From IMG/VR virus record IMGVR_UViG_3300030372_004506, positions 1 to 29,957 of that record: DNA of 29,957 nt; one strand, written 5' to 3'. Source of the stretch: a virus. Lineage: Duplodnaviria; Caudoviricetes. Below the pieces are notes generated by a model. That model saw only the letters and a program-made list of their open reading frames with translations. It did no database searches and had not been told where the DNA came from. Within the stretch, counting starts at the first letter, position 1. Every line of letters begins with the position of its first letter. A program made the position numbers and the translations under genes. Of this stretch, positions 17,362 to 25,678 are shown piece by piece.

Positions 17362-17916
17362 TGTTTCTCTCTCTCATTCTCTGTACTTGTTGCATATTAT
17401 ACTTTCTTTTTCTTTCTTCTCGTTCCTTTTTTCCTTCTTGGTCGAGAATATAATCAGCAATGAGATCGATCTGTATGTCTTTGTCTAGTCCCTGGAACCA
17501 TCGCGGATGCTGTCCCCATAACCGCGATATCTGAAGTGCTAGTCTGTCGAGATGTCCTGCTCTTCCGTAGAGATAAAATTTGCCTTTTCATCGACCTCTT
17601 TCTCTGTCGGGATTCGTGTCGTCATGTGTGTGAGACACTTGACTCCCTCCGAATAAATGACAGAAGGAGTCACTCCGATCTCGAGAAGACGATCCAGACA
17701 AGTATGACCATAATCAGAAGCACGATGTCGGCTAGGTCTGTACTTAGGTAGCTGGGCAAGATGATCAATACATACTCCGATCGATCCCGCGCATAGTCTC
17801 GCTAATTGTGCATTGTCTGACTCTGATGTCCAGAGAGAGACGAATTCAAAACATGTAGCAAGAGAGGGAGAGGAGATCTCAATCTCTCCTCCCATTTTCG
17901 CGATAGTTATTTTCAT
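17354..17916 (-). CDS. Tail assembly chaperone, long (-1 frameshifted, gpGT-like) form
   Basis: Slippery A_AAT_TTT at 17581-17575; the -1 frame is open to TAA at 17354. Confidence 0.75.
17539..17916 (-). CDS. Tail assembly chaperone (gpG-like)
   Basis: Follows the tail tube gene; ends shortly after a slippery site. Confidence 0.75.
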   Translation of the reverse strand: MKITIAKMGGEIEISSPSLATCFEFVSLWTSESDNAQLARLCAGSIGVCIDHLAQLPKYRPSRHRASDYGHTCLDRLLEIGVTPSVIYSEGVKCLTHMTTRIPTEKEVDEKANFISTEEQDISTD

Positions 17917-17937
17917 TGTAGTCTCCGTTTATGCTAT

Positions 17938-18441
17938 CTAAGTGTATACAACGCCACCGTAACAAGTAAAGTTAATTGTGAAGGAAGAAGGGTCTCCTTC
18001 AGTGAATGAAGCAGTACAGACGCATTTTGATAAGGTTGCCTGATGAGCAGTCTCAGCAGCATCGACAGAAGAGGCATCGATTCGATAAGCCAAGTCGATA
18101 CAGTAGAACTCGACGAAAGGAGTCCCAGACAATCCGGTTGAAACATTCGAAGCATAGTGTCCTGTTTTGTTGATGAAGTCGAGCATAGATCCAGCTTCTG
18201 CGCCATCGGTAAATTGTCGGAAGAATGCAGAGAAAGACCCTGTCGCTGCTGGTTCACTGTCTCCTTTTCGGATTGTTGTGATTACACCACGATCACGAAT
18301 GACAGTCTGCGCTTCTTTTGGTGTGTCGAAGGTGACATTCCCTTCTTCGTATTCGATCTCGAGAGTAACTGGTGATCCTGTCCCGTCCTTCAGTGTTAGG
18401 ACAGCGTCTCGTCTTGTTTTTGGTAAGGTAGAATAGGCCAT
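17938..18441 (-). CDS. Major tail (tube) protein
   Basis: 167 aa, Thr/Gly/Phe-rich beta-type sequence; lies before the chaperone and tape measure genes. Confidence 0.75.
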   Translation of the reverse strand: MAYSTLPKTRRDAVLTLKDGTGSPVTLEIEYEEGNVTFDTPKEAQTVIRDRGVITTIRKGDSEPAATGSFSAFFRQFTDGAEAGSMLDFINKTGHYASNVSTGLSGTPFVEFYCIDLAYRIDASSVDAAETAHQATLSKCVCTASFTEGDPSSFTINFTCYGGVVYT

Positions 18442-18454
18442 AACTGACTCCTGA

Positions 18455-18889
18455 TTATGTTAGTGATATTGTATGCAGAGCAGAGAGCTCTATTTCTGAG
18501 ATTAGATATTCTTGACTGTCTGGTGTTCGTCTTGTTGCCCGCAAAAATCGGATCTCGATTGCTTTCCCAAAATTGCGAGCCATGCATGTTTTAATTACTT
18601 CTTGCTCTTTGTCGAGAGCATTCCCATAGTCCAATATAAGATCATGAGGACGAAGACGAAAAGCAAAGCGGACTCGGATTGTCGTATCGAGATATAGTCC
18701 GACAGAGATCCTCTGTCTCTCTGGTGACTGATTAGATGTGCTGACATCCACAGAAAAGCCGAGATGAGCGAGTGTATTTTGAGTACGACCGAACAATTCC
18801 GGCAGCTGTCGGACCTCTCTGAATCCTGACAATTCTCCGATCTTTGTCGCGAGTGCATTTTGTACTTCCTTGACCGAGACAGCAGACAT
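18455..18889 (-). CDS. Putative tail terminator protein
   Basis: 144 aa; directly upstream of the tail tube gene. Confidence 0.55.
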   Translation of the reverse strand: MSAVSVKEVQNALATKIGELSGFREVRQLPELFGRTQNTLAHLGFSVDVSTSNQSPERQRISVGLYLDTTIRVRFAFRLRPHDLILDYGNALDKEQEVIKTCMARNFGKAIEIRFLRATRRTPDSQEYLISEIELSALHTISLT

Positions 18890-19659
18890 CAGTATCTCCG
18901 TCTCCGATAGTACTCTCCCGGACGATTGAGAAAGACTGTCGGCTGTCCTCGGGTCCGCTTGTTCGCGTCGTCTGCTTCGCCGTCGTGATCGGTATCATAG
19001 ACAAAATTGATCGAGTCGAACTCATCACGATAGAGCTTATAGTGTTCATTGGCAAGATCCAAATATCGACCATTGCTCTGTCCGAGGGATGAATGAAAAT
19101 CTCGAAATATGAGATAGAGAGATAGATGTCTGTGAGCCTCAAAGAAGGACTCTGCTGACATCATGAGATACTCATATCCCATCCCTCTATTTCGTATCCT
19201 GCGTAGTATCTGATACCATGCATCGTCGATATATTGCTGATAGCTCGACAGAGACGAAGGACGGACATTATTGAGATCAGAGTATGTCGCTGTCAGGTCG
19301 ATATCTGAAACGACAGGATACAAGCGTCTGCGGACGAGAGCAGCCATTCGACGGAAGAGATACTGGTCTCCGTCGATGGTCAGAGTCCACTCCTGGACAT
19401 ATCCCTCTCCGAGCGATTCGGTATCGGACAATTGAGCAGGCGTATGCGTATACGAGACAGTCCCTGATCCATTGATCAGAGCCGTCTCTCCTGTCAAGAG
19501 ATCCGCTCCCGTCGGTTTGATAAGAGTATATGTCGCTGCTGTGGGGACCAATTGCGATCCGTCTCGATATACTTTAAGGTGAGTCTTTTGACTCTTGCCT
19601 CTCTCGAGAAGTTCGATCGCTCTGATCTGTGCAGCATATGGAATGGAAGAAGTCGTCAT
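18889..19659 (-). CDS. Putative head-tail adaptor with an N-terminal beta domain
   Basis: Helical C-terminal half 'QQYIDDAWYQILRRIR...'; position; ATG 19659 abuts the upstream stop. Confidence 0.55.
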   Translation of the reverse strand: MTTSSIPYAAQIRAIELLERGKSQKTHLKVYRDGSQLVPTAATYTLIKPTGADLLTGETALINGSGTVSYTHTPAQLSDTESLGEGYVQEWTLTIDGDQYLFRRMAALVRRRLYPVVSDIDLTATYSDLNNVRPSSLSSYQQYIDDAWYQILRRIRNRGMGYEYLMMSAESFFEAHRHLSLYLIFRDFHSSLGQSNGRYLDLANEHYKLYRDEFDSINFVYDTDHDGEADDANKRTRGQPTVFLNRPGEYYRRRRY

Positions 19660-19660
19660 A

Positions 19661-19987
19661 TTATGCTTTAAATACCAAGTAGTAGTCAGAGCCATCAGAC
19701 GCTACCATGCATCCCTCTGCTGTTCCCAGAATAGTATATGTCTTCGTTGCTCCTGCGTCTCGAATGTGGATCGCTTGAGTGCCTGCATTATGGATAAAAA
19801 AGAAAGCTCCTGGCTTTGCTTCTGGAAGCTTGCAATCTACAACTCCCGGAGAACTGTTATCAAATATTTGTACTTGAGAATCTGAATAGTCCATAACTCG
19901 GACCGTTGTTAAACTCTCTACATTGACCCCACCTTTTAAGATGATGTGACGAGGGATTTTAAATTCTGCTTTGTCTGTATAGGCCAT
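19661..19987 (-). CDS. Small virion structural protein (possible decoration)
   Basis: 'KLPEAKPGAFFFIHNAGTQAIHI...SDGSDY' beta motif common in phage fibre/decoration proteins. Confidence 0.6.
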   Translation of the reverse strand: MAYTDKAEFKIPRHIILKGGVNVESLTTVRVMDYSDSQVQIFDNSSPGVVDCKLPEAKPGAFFFIHNAGTQAIHIRDAGATKTYTILGTAEGCMVASDGSDYYLVFKA

Positions 19988-20127
19988 TATTGACTCCGTT
20001 TGTTTTCTGCTCGGTTAATGTGTTTCACAACAAGATCACGAGCGTCTCGATGTGATAAATTGCTTTGTCTGGATACTCGCTGTGCGATTCGATCAATCGC
20101 TTCTCTCTTTTCTCTATCTGAGCTCAT
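19987..20127 (-). CDS. Small basic protein (46 aa, MSSDREKREAIDRIAQRVSRQSNLSHRDARDLVVKHINRAENKRSQ)
   Basis: Translated by hand; GGAGG RBS; fills the gap exactly and is TAATG-coupled to the next gene. Confidence 0.7.
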   Translation of the reverse strand: MSSDREKREAIDRIAQRVSRQSNLSHRDARDLVVKHINRAENKRSQ

Positions 20128-20770
20128 AGGCGAGCCTCCCTAATTTTTCAATTCGTGTGATTGCTTTCTTTGTCTGTGCGAGCTCGTCCTGCTTACTCTT
20201 GAGGCGATTCAGAACCTCTGGGATATGTTGGTCCCTCTCTAGTCTGGAGAGAGCTCTGTTCATTCCTATCAGACGAAGAGATGCGATTTTTGGATGTGGT
20301 GTTGAGATCTTTCCGGATGTCATCAGAGATAGTCTCCAGTCATCATAACCGTCTTGATCAAAATGCTCGATCATTCTTCGTCCGACCTTCTCGATCCCGA
20401 TCCATCGACTTGTATAATAATTTCCCTTATGAGCAGGATAGACGCGAAGATAGTCCTCTTCCGATGCGTCTAGTATTGTCCATCCATTGTCTCGTAAGGT
20501 TGTACGCATATACGACGAGTCGAGTCTTCCTCCGACTGCTCTCGTTCCGTTGACACCTGGTGTCTCTGGTATGGATGACAGCACGGGAAGCAGAACAGGG
20601 ATAACCTGTGTCTTCTTCTTCTTTCCGTCGTCTGTCTGTGTCGTGTACAATTTTAGTTCCCAATTCTCTGGGTTATGTGCGTAGAAAAATCTTGCGTTCG
20701 CTCGGACTGGGATTCGTGTATCGACTTGTGTCTTCTCTTCCCAGGGTTGCGAAAAATTTGTGTAGTCCAT
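20114..20770 (-). CDS. Hypothetical protein downstream of the capsid gene
   Basis: GGAGACTACAATG start at 20770. Confidence 0.75.
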   Translation of the reverse strand: MDYTNFSQPWEEKTQVDTRIPVRANARFFYAHNPENWELKLYTTQTDDGKKKKTQVIPVLLPVLSSIPETPGVNGTRAVGGRLDSSYMRTTLRDNGWTILDASEEDYLRVYPAHKGNYYTSRWIGIEKVGRRMIEHFDQDGYDDWRLSLMTSGKISTPHPKIASLRLIGMNRALSRLERDQHIPEVLNRLKSKQDELAQTKKAITRIEKLGRLAYELR

Positions 20771-20784
20771 TGTAGTCTCCATTT

Positions 20785-20846
20785 AAAAAAAGGCCGGGAG
20801 ACTGCATCATCCGGAGACTACATGGTAGATCATGCAGCCTCCCGAC
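20785..20846 (-). terminator. Terminator/attenuator after the major capsid gene
   Basis: CGGGAGGCTGCAT...ATGCAGTCTCCCG stem followed by a T7 run. Confidence 0.7.
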
Positions 20847-20856
20847 ATTGCAATCC

Positions 20857-21837
20857 TTAGCGTTTAGATAGCAGTTTGACTCCGCGAGAGTCTTCGATAA
20901 TTCCACATCCGAGATATGCATGTCCTACAACAAATGTAGACGCAGACATCGGACGACGATCAAATTCGACTACTACCTTACCCATAGACATCAGGTCAGA
21001 AGAACCGCGTACTCCTGCAGGAATACCGTCAACATAACCGAGAGCCATCGGGCTGATCATGTAGTTATCATAGCCAGAGGATGCATTTTGATTCACTCCG
21101 AGAGCGGATGAGTAGACATCAACACCGAAGAGAGAACCTTTGAAATTTTCTCCTTTTACCTGAAGCATATCCATAGAGGACTGCATTCGAGAGATAGCAT
21201 TTCCGGTCTCATTGCGGAGACTGTCCTGAAGCTCTGTCAGTGCCTTAGGCGCGAGGACGCAGGCATAGGGTCCAGGAGCGCCACCTGCGGAACCAGTACC
21301 GAATCCGGCCTGCTCGAGTTTGAATATTGCGTCGAAGAAGTCATCGACAGAGAGAGTCGTTGTGTTCGCTCCTGCTGTCTGAGTAAAGGAAGCAGCAGAA
21401 GCACCGGTCAATTGTGCGAATCGTGTTTCGTAAGATCCTGCGATTGACTGAGCAATTCGGAAAGGGTCAATGTCAGAACCACCGAATCCAGTCATAGAGC
21501 TGAGATCTGACATCTCGTAGATGATATACTGACGAGCAGCGATCAAGTCTGCGCTGTTGATTGTAAGAGCTGTTTTGTTTGCACTTTCGTCTGAGATCTC
21601 ATTGGTAGCAGCTGCCATACTGTCGAAGCCGTCAAGACCAGCAAGACGAACACGTACTGTATCGCTTCCAGTGCCGTTTATGGAGCCTTGGTAGCTTAAA
21701 AGACCAGTATTTCGAAGGTTAGAATTATCTTTGAGAAGGAGATTGATTTCTTGGGAGATCATCGCAGAAAGACGAAGAACGCCTTCCAATTGATTCCCGA
21801 TTGTATTCGCAAAACGAATCGGATCGACTGTTGCCAT
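20857..21837 (-). CDS. Major capsid protein (HK97 fold inferred)
   Basis: 326 aa; 'GDTVRV'-like, 'GSLFGVDVY', 'VEFDR...GHAYLGCGII' patterns; own promoter and terminator. Confidence 0.85.
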   Translation of the reverse strand: MATVDPIRFANTIGNQLEGVLRLSAMISQEINLLLKDNSNLRNTGLLSYQGSINGTGSDTVRVRLAGLDGFDSMAAATNEISDESANKTALTINSADLIAARQYIIYEMSDLSSMTGFGGSDIDPFRIAQSIAGSYETRFAQLTGASAASFTQTAGANTTTLSVDDFFDAIFKLEQAGFGTGSAGGAPGPYACVLAPKALTELQDSLRNETGNAISRMQSSMDMLQVKGENFKGSLFGVDVYSSALGVNQNASSGYDNYMISPMALGYVDGIPAGVRGSSDLMSMGKVVVEFDRRPMSASTFVVGHAYLGCGIIEDSRGVKLLSKR

Positions 21838-21939
21838 TGTAGCACCTATTTGTTAGAGTGAGAGTATAGTCTGAGAGCGTTCTGAGACTTCTTCTGCTGT
21901 TACCGGGGCGACCGTATCTCTTTCTCTGCTGTCTTCCAT

Positions 21940-21948
21940 ATTATAGCA
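21940..21948 (-). promoter_or_regulatory. Extended -10 promoter (TGCTATAAT) upstream of the capsid gene
   Basis: About 100 nt upstream of the capsid ATG. Confidence 0.55.
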
Positions 21949-22080
21949 TAATAAAAGAGGTTGCAACAATGATCGATATTTTTGCGAAATGGAAGGACGG
22001 AGATCTCGTCTGTGTACCCAAAAAGAGAAGAGGGATGTCGAAAGGCGAGTATCTCAGAGCCGCTCATGTCTGTCTCCGAT

Positions 22081-22566
22081 TTAACGAAGCCTCATTCCCC
22101 TCCCTTTCTTCTCGAGAGCTTTCTTTGCTTTCTGGTATAACTCCCGATCTGGACCCTTCGTTACCGCTCCTCCCTTCTGGAGAAAAGAATACACGCGAGC
22201 TCTCGCCCATTGAGACTGCGTCGCTCCCGGGCGATGACCGACAGCCCACGCAGCTAACCCTCTTTTGTATACCTGATCGATAATCCCTTTCGGGACTCCT
22301 GTTACTTTTGAGACTCCTCGGATGAATCTGTCTTGCTGGGATCCTGTCTCCATTTTCGATGTAGCCTCTCGGATCTCCTGTCTCATCTTCTTCGCTGAGA
22401 GTGTATATCGAGACGGACGAGTTTTTTTCGTGTCTCCTGGGAGCGGTTTGAATTTTGCGGATCCTGTTCTCTTCCCAGAGATCCTCTTTCTGATCTCGGC
22501 TTTTCGTCTCGCTGCTGTACTCTTGCCGAGACCGGATGTGTATTTTCTTGGTACCCTTTGTGCCAT
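22081..22566 (-). CDS. Basic protein with a DUF5824-like domain
   Basis: VYKRGLAAWAVGHRPGATQSQWARARVYSF motif; GGAG RBS before MAQRVP. Confidence 0.7.
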   Translation of the reverse strand: MAQRVPRKYTSGLGKSTAARRKAEIRKRISGKRTGSAKFKPLPGDTKKTRPSRYTLSAKKMRQEIREATSKMETGSQQDRFIRGVSKVTGVPKGIIDQVYKRGLAAWAVGHRPGATQSQWARARVYSFLQKGGAVTKGPDRELYQKAKKALEKKGRGMRLR

Positions 22567-22579
22567 AATGACTCCATGT

Positions 22580-22608
22580 AAAAAGGGAGAGGATTTGCAT
22601 CCCCTCCC
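22580..22608 (-). terminator. Rho-independent terminator after the fibre gene
   Basis: GGGAGGGGAT-GCAA-ATCCTCTCCC-TTTTT. Confidence 0.7.
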
Positions 22609-22639
22609 CATGATCAGAGGATGATCTGTTGTGGTGGGA

Positions 22640-24367
22640 TTAGTGGATGAACCAGACCAAAACGCCATCTGAGTCGGACAAAGCTGATCCAAAAGTCAGA
22701 CGTGCATTTCCGCCACTTCCTCCGGTAGCAGAGACGGAGAACTCATCATTGTCCGCAGGAGTATCACCAAGAGCAGTCATGTTTCGAAGAGACAGACCAT
22801 TTTTAAACACCAGCACAGCGTTAACAGTGTTACTCGGGAGAGCCTGAGACAGATCGAGAGTAGTTGTCGATCCTCCTGAGATCTGAAATCCTTGTTGCTT
22901 GAATGAGATACCCAATTTTGCAGCAGTCACGGAAGAGTCAGCAAGCTTCGCAGCAGTGACACCAGTGTCCGCGAGAGCAGTCGTTCCGACAGCACCCGAG
23001 GCGATTTTTGCAGAAGAAACAGCAGCAGAGGCGATTTTTGCAGAAGAGATCGCGCTGTCTGCAATCTTCGCAGAAGAAACGGCATTGTCCGCGATCTCAG
23101 CAGTGTCTACAGCATTGTCAGCAAGTTTCGCGTTAGTGATCGCATTGTCTAAGATCTTCGCTGTCTCTACACTGTTGGAAGCTAATTTTCCGGCAGTGAC
23201 ATTCGCGTCCGCGATCTTTGCTGTGGTGATGGCATTGTCTGCGATCTTCGCTGTGAGAACAGCAGCAGAAGCAAGAGCAGCAGAACCGACAGAGGCATCT
23301 ATCAATTCATTCGCACCGACTGAGTCGTCTGCCATTTTTGCATTACTGATGGCATTGTCCGCAATCTTTACAGAAGAGACAGCAGCATCCGCGATCTTTG
23401 CAGTGCTGACAGCAGCGTCCGCGATCTTCGCTGTAGATACGCCAGCATCGGCGATCGAGATTGTGTCTCCCTGCTTCTGTAGACCTCCTGATGCACTCAC
23501 TTTCCCCAAACCGGTAAATCTTTGGAAGGAGATAGAGTCAGAGCCGAGAGAGGGTGCTGTATCGTTGATACAGACGAATCCTTGATCTGCAAAAGTATTC
23601 CCTTGTAAACAGAAGAGGAATGCTCCGGGATAGTCTGCTCCTGCGTCCATGTCTGATGCGCGAGACATAGAAGAACCTGCGCTCGTGTAGCTGTACACGC
23701 CGTTTTCGGCTGCTGATGTCTGACCGAAAAGGAGGACTCTGTCTCCATTGGAAAGAGTAACTCCATCGATCGCAGCAGGAAGATCAGAAATATCAACATT
23801 GCTATCGAGAGCAACCTTGACATTTTCCTTTACAGAGAGACCAGCAGCGACAGAGTCGACATAGCTTTTATTCGCAGCATGTCCGCTCGAAGAAGGAGTC
23901 GGGACAGAGATAGCGCCAGAGAAAGTATAATTGTCGCTTTCGTCTAATTTGCTCGCGTCGACAGCATCGGCAGCGATCTTCGCTGTGGTGACTGCTCCAT
24001 CATTGATTTTTGCAGTTTCGACGGCATTGCTGGCGAGTTTCGCTGCACTGACTCCCGCGTCTGCGAGTTTCGCTGTGGTGACAGCAAGAGAGCCGAGAGC
24101 AGCAGAGTCGACGGCACCGGCAGCAAGTTTCGCGCTAGTGACAGCATCGTCCGCGATCTTTGCTGTTTCAACGGCAGCAGAGCCGATTTTCTGTGCCGTT
24201 ACTGATGCGTCATTGAGAGCAGCAGTCAGAACGGCAGACGCTCCGAGCTTGGCTGATGTGATGGCATTGTCCGCGATCTTTACTGATGTAACAGCATTGC
24301 TCGCGAGTTTGGCTGCTTCAATAGCCGAGTCGACTATCTGCGCGCCTTTAATTTGAACAGAACCCAT
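22640..24367 (-). CDS. Fibre protein with decapeptide repeats (AVTxAKIADx), encoded in the head module
   Basis: Two long arrays of 10-aa repeats flank a globular 'AANKSYVD...GDRVLL..QT...ENGVY' domain. Confidence 0.8.
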   Translation of the reverse strand: MGSVQIKGAQIVDSAIEAAKLASNAVTSVKIADNAITSAKLGASAVLTAALNDASVTAQKIGSAAVETAKIADDAVTSAKLAAGAVDSAALGSLAVTTAKLADAGVSAAKLASNAVETAKINDGAVTTAKIAADAVDASKLDESDNYTFSGAISVPTPSSSGHAANKSYVDSVAAGLSVKENVKVALDSNVDISDLPAAIDGVTLSNGDRVLLFGQTSAAENGVYSYTSAGSSMSRASDMDAGADYPGAFLFCLQGNTFADQGFVCINDTAPSLGSDSISFQRFTGLGKVSASGGLQKQGDTISIADAGVSTAKIADAAVSTAKIADAAVSSVKIADNAISNAKMADDSVGANELIDASVGSAALASAAVLTAKIADNAITTAKIADANVTAGKLASNSVETAKILDNAITNAKLADNAVDTAEIADNAVSSAKIADSAISSAKIASAAVSSAKIASGAVGTTALADTGVTAAKLADSSVTAAKLGISFKQQGFQISGGSTTTLDLSQALPSNTVNAVLVFKNGLSLRNMTALGDTPADNDEFSVSATGGSGGNARLTFGSALSDSDGVLVWFIH

Positions 24368-24435
24368 GAGGTTATACTCCTGTATTTTTGTTTGTAAATT
24401 GCAATTTCAGTAGTCTCCGAATGTTCTTTTTTTTC

Positions 24436-24699
24436 CTACGACTGAGGAGTGTAATCGATTGTAAGAAATGCTCCTGCTTCTGGAGAGAAGCCGGTCGTCG
24501 TGAATGTGTTCGAATTGTGCTCGGAGAATGTCTCTCCTTCCACTTGTCGCACTCCATTATAGTAGACCCGAAGAGATCCTGCTTTATAATTTTCGGGAAC
24601 TGTGAAAGACGTATTTGAACCGTCACATTGTGAGGATAGGTCTGCTTGTTTCATCTCTTCTCCTGTCCCTTGTTCGTTGAAAAATGCGAATCGAAACAT
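24436..24699 (-). CDS. Small virion beta-domain protein
   Basis: 'DGSNTSFT...LRVYYNGVRQ' motif, similar to the fibre C-terminus (VLVFKNGL). Confidence 0.65.
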   Translation of the reverse strand: MFRFAFFNEQGTGEEMKQADLSSQCDGSNTSFTVPENYKAGSLRVYYNGVRQVEGETFSEHNSNTFTTTGFSPEAGAFLTIDYTPQS

Positions 24700-24700
24700 G

Positions 24701-25012
24701 TCATAGCTCCTCGAGGACGATCGATATTTCTGCATTCCCAGACGAAGACGCGACGAACATAGAAGAAGGACGATTCATCCCTCTCCCGAGACGCAAGACT
24801 ATATAGTTACCTGTCGGCACTGTCATTCTATTTGATGGAATTGATCCTCCGTCTGTGGCTCCATTACGGCAGACATAGATCGTCTTCCCTGGAGATCCGA
24901 TACTGATTTGTGAACATGCAGAAGGAAGGAGTATCTCTGTTACTGTCGAGTCGTTCGCTGTAAAATTATGGAAGGCAGGATATGTCTCCAGGCTCTGAAG
25001 GTTCTCGCTCAT
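24701..25012 (-). CDS. Hypothetical (probable virion) protein
   Basis: ATGA-coupled to the scaffold gene; GGAG RBS. Confidence 0.65.
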   Translation of the reverse strand: MSENLQSLETYPAFHNFTANDSTVTEILLPSACSQISIGSPGKTIYVCRNGATDGGSIPSNRMTVPTGNYIVLRLGRGMNRPSSMFVASSSGNAEISIVLEEL

Positions 25013-25662
25013 GACTGTCTCCGATTGCGATTCTTCCATGCCTCCCGGACCTTGTCTCTGTTCGCTGCGTAGAACTCTGGATCCTTCAGAGCACGATCCA
25101 GAAAGCCGGGAGAGTCAGGAGCTGGTATCGCTCCGACATTCGTCTTCGGTGCTTCGTATGTCTGTGGTTGTTCTTGGTATGTGTATTCTTCTGTGGATTG
25201 CTGCGTCTGTGGTGTGTCTGTTTCTTCTGCGATCATCTTCAGTGCTTGTAAATGTGGACGGATTGTGATCGGTGCATTCTCGGGGCTCTGGACTTGATTG
25301 TCTAGCCATTCAGAAAGAGATACTCTGTCTTTGTCGGATACTCCCTTCTGCGCTCTCTCGTAACTCCACTCAATCGCCTCTACGAGATCCGGATCTGTCA
25401 GACCATGCTTCGAGATACTCTGGTATCGATCGAATCGCTTCTCTGCTGTGGATAGTTTTCCTTGCATCTCCTGAAGTTGTTGATTCAGGATGTCAACAGA
25501 GGACATCGCTTTCTCGGCTTTCGACAGTCTGCTCTCTGCGTCTTCGAGTGCTTTCTCTGCGAGTGTCGCTCTCTGGGCTACCTTCGATACTCTCTCTTTG
25601 ATAATGTTCTCTACTTCGGATTTCAGGACGTATACCCGTCCCTCGTTTTCTATTTCGGTCAT
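25009..25662 (-). CDS. Putative capsid scaffolding protein
   Basis: 'EVENIIKERV' plus coiled coil and a Pro/Gln-rich C-terminus; follows the portal gene. Confidence 0.7.
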   Translation of the reverse strand: MTEIENEGRVYVLKSEVENIIKERVSKVAQRATLAEKALEDAESRLSKAEKAMSSVDILNQQLQEMQGKLSTAEKRFDRYQSISKHGLTDPDLVEAIEWSYERAQKGVSDKDRVSLSEWLDNQVQSPENAPITIRPHLQALKMIAEETDTPQTQQSTEEYTYQEQPQTYEAPKTNVGAIPAPDSPGFLDRALKDPEFYAANRDKVREAWKNRNRRQS

Positions 25663-25678
25663 GTAGTCTCCTTATGGG

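Noticed and set aside
21969-22283. Plus-strand 104-aa ORF with a GAGG upstream
   Set aside because: Two-thirds overlaps the DUF5824-like gene in antisense and it has no recognisable motif; the first ~37 codons might be a remnant but cannot be supported
22900-24330. 30-bp periodicity that might suggest a CRISPR array or DGR repeats
   Set aside because: Explained by in-frame decapeptide repeats; no unique spacers, cas genes or reverse transcriptase
23931-24356. Long plus-strand ORFs antisense to the fibre and tape measure genes (also 22899-23585, 16320-16937, 14886-15335)
   Set aside because: Shadow frames of Ala-rich repetitive genes; no RBS or independent motifs
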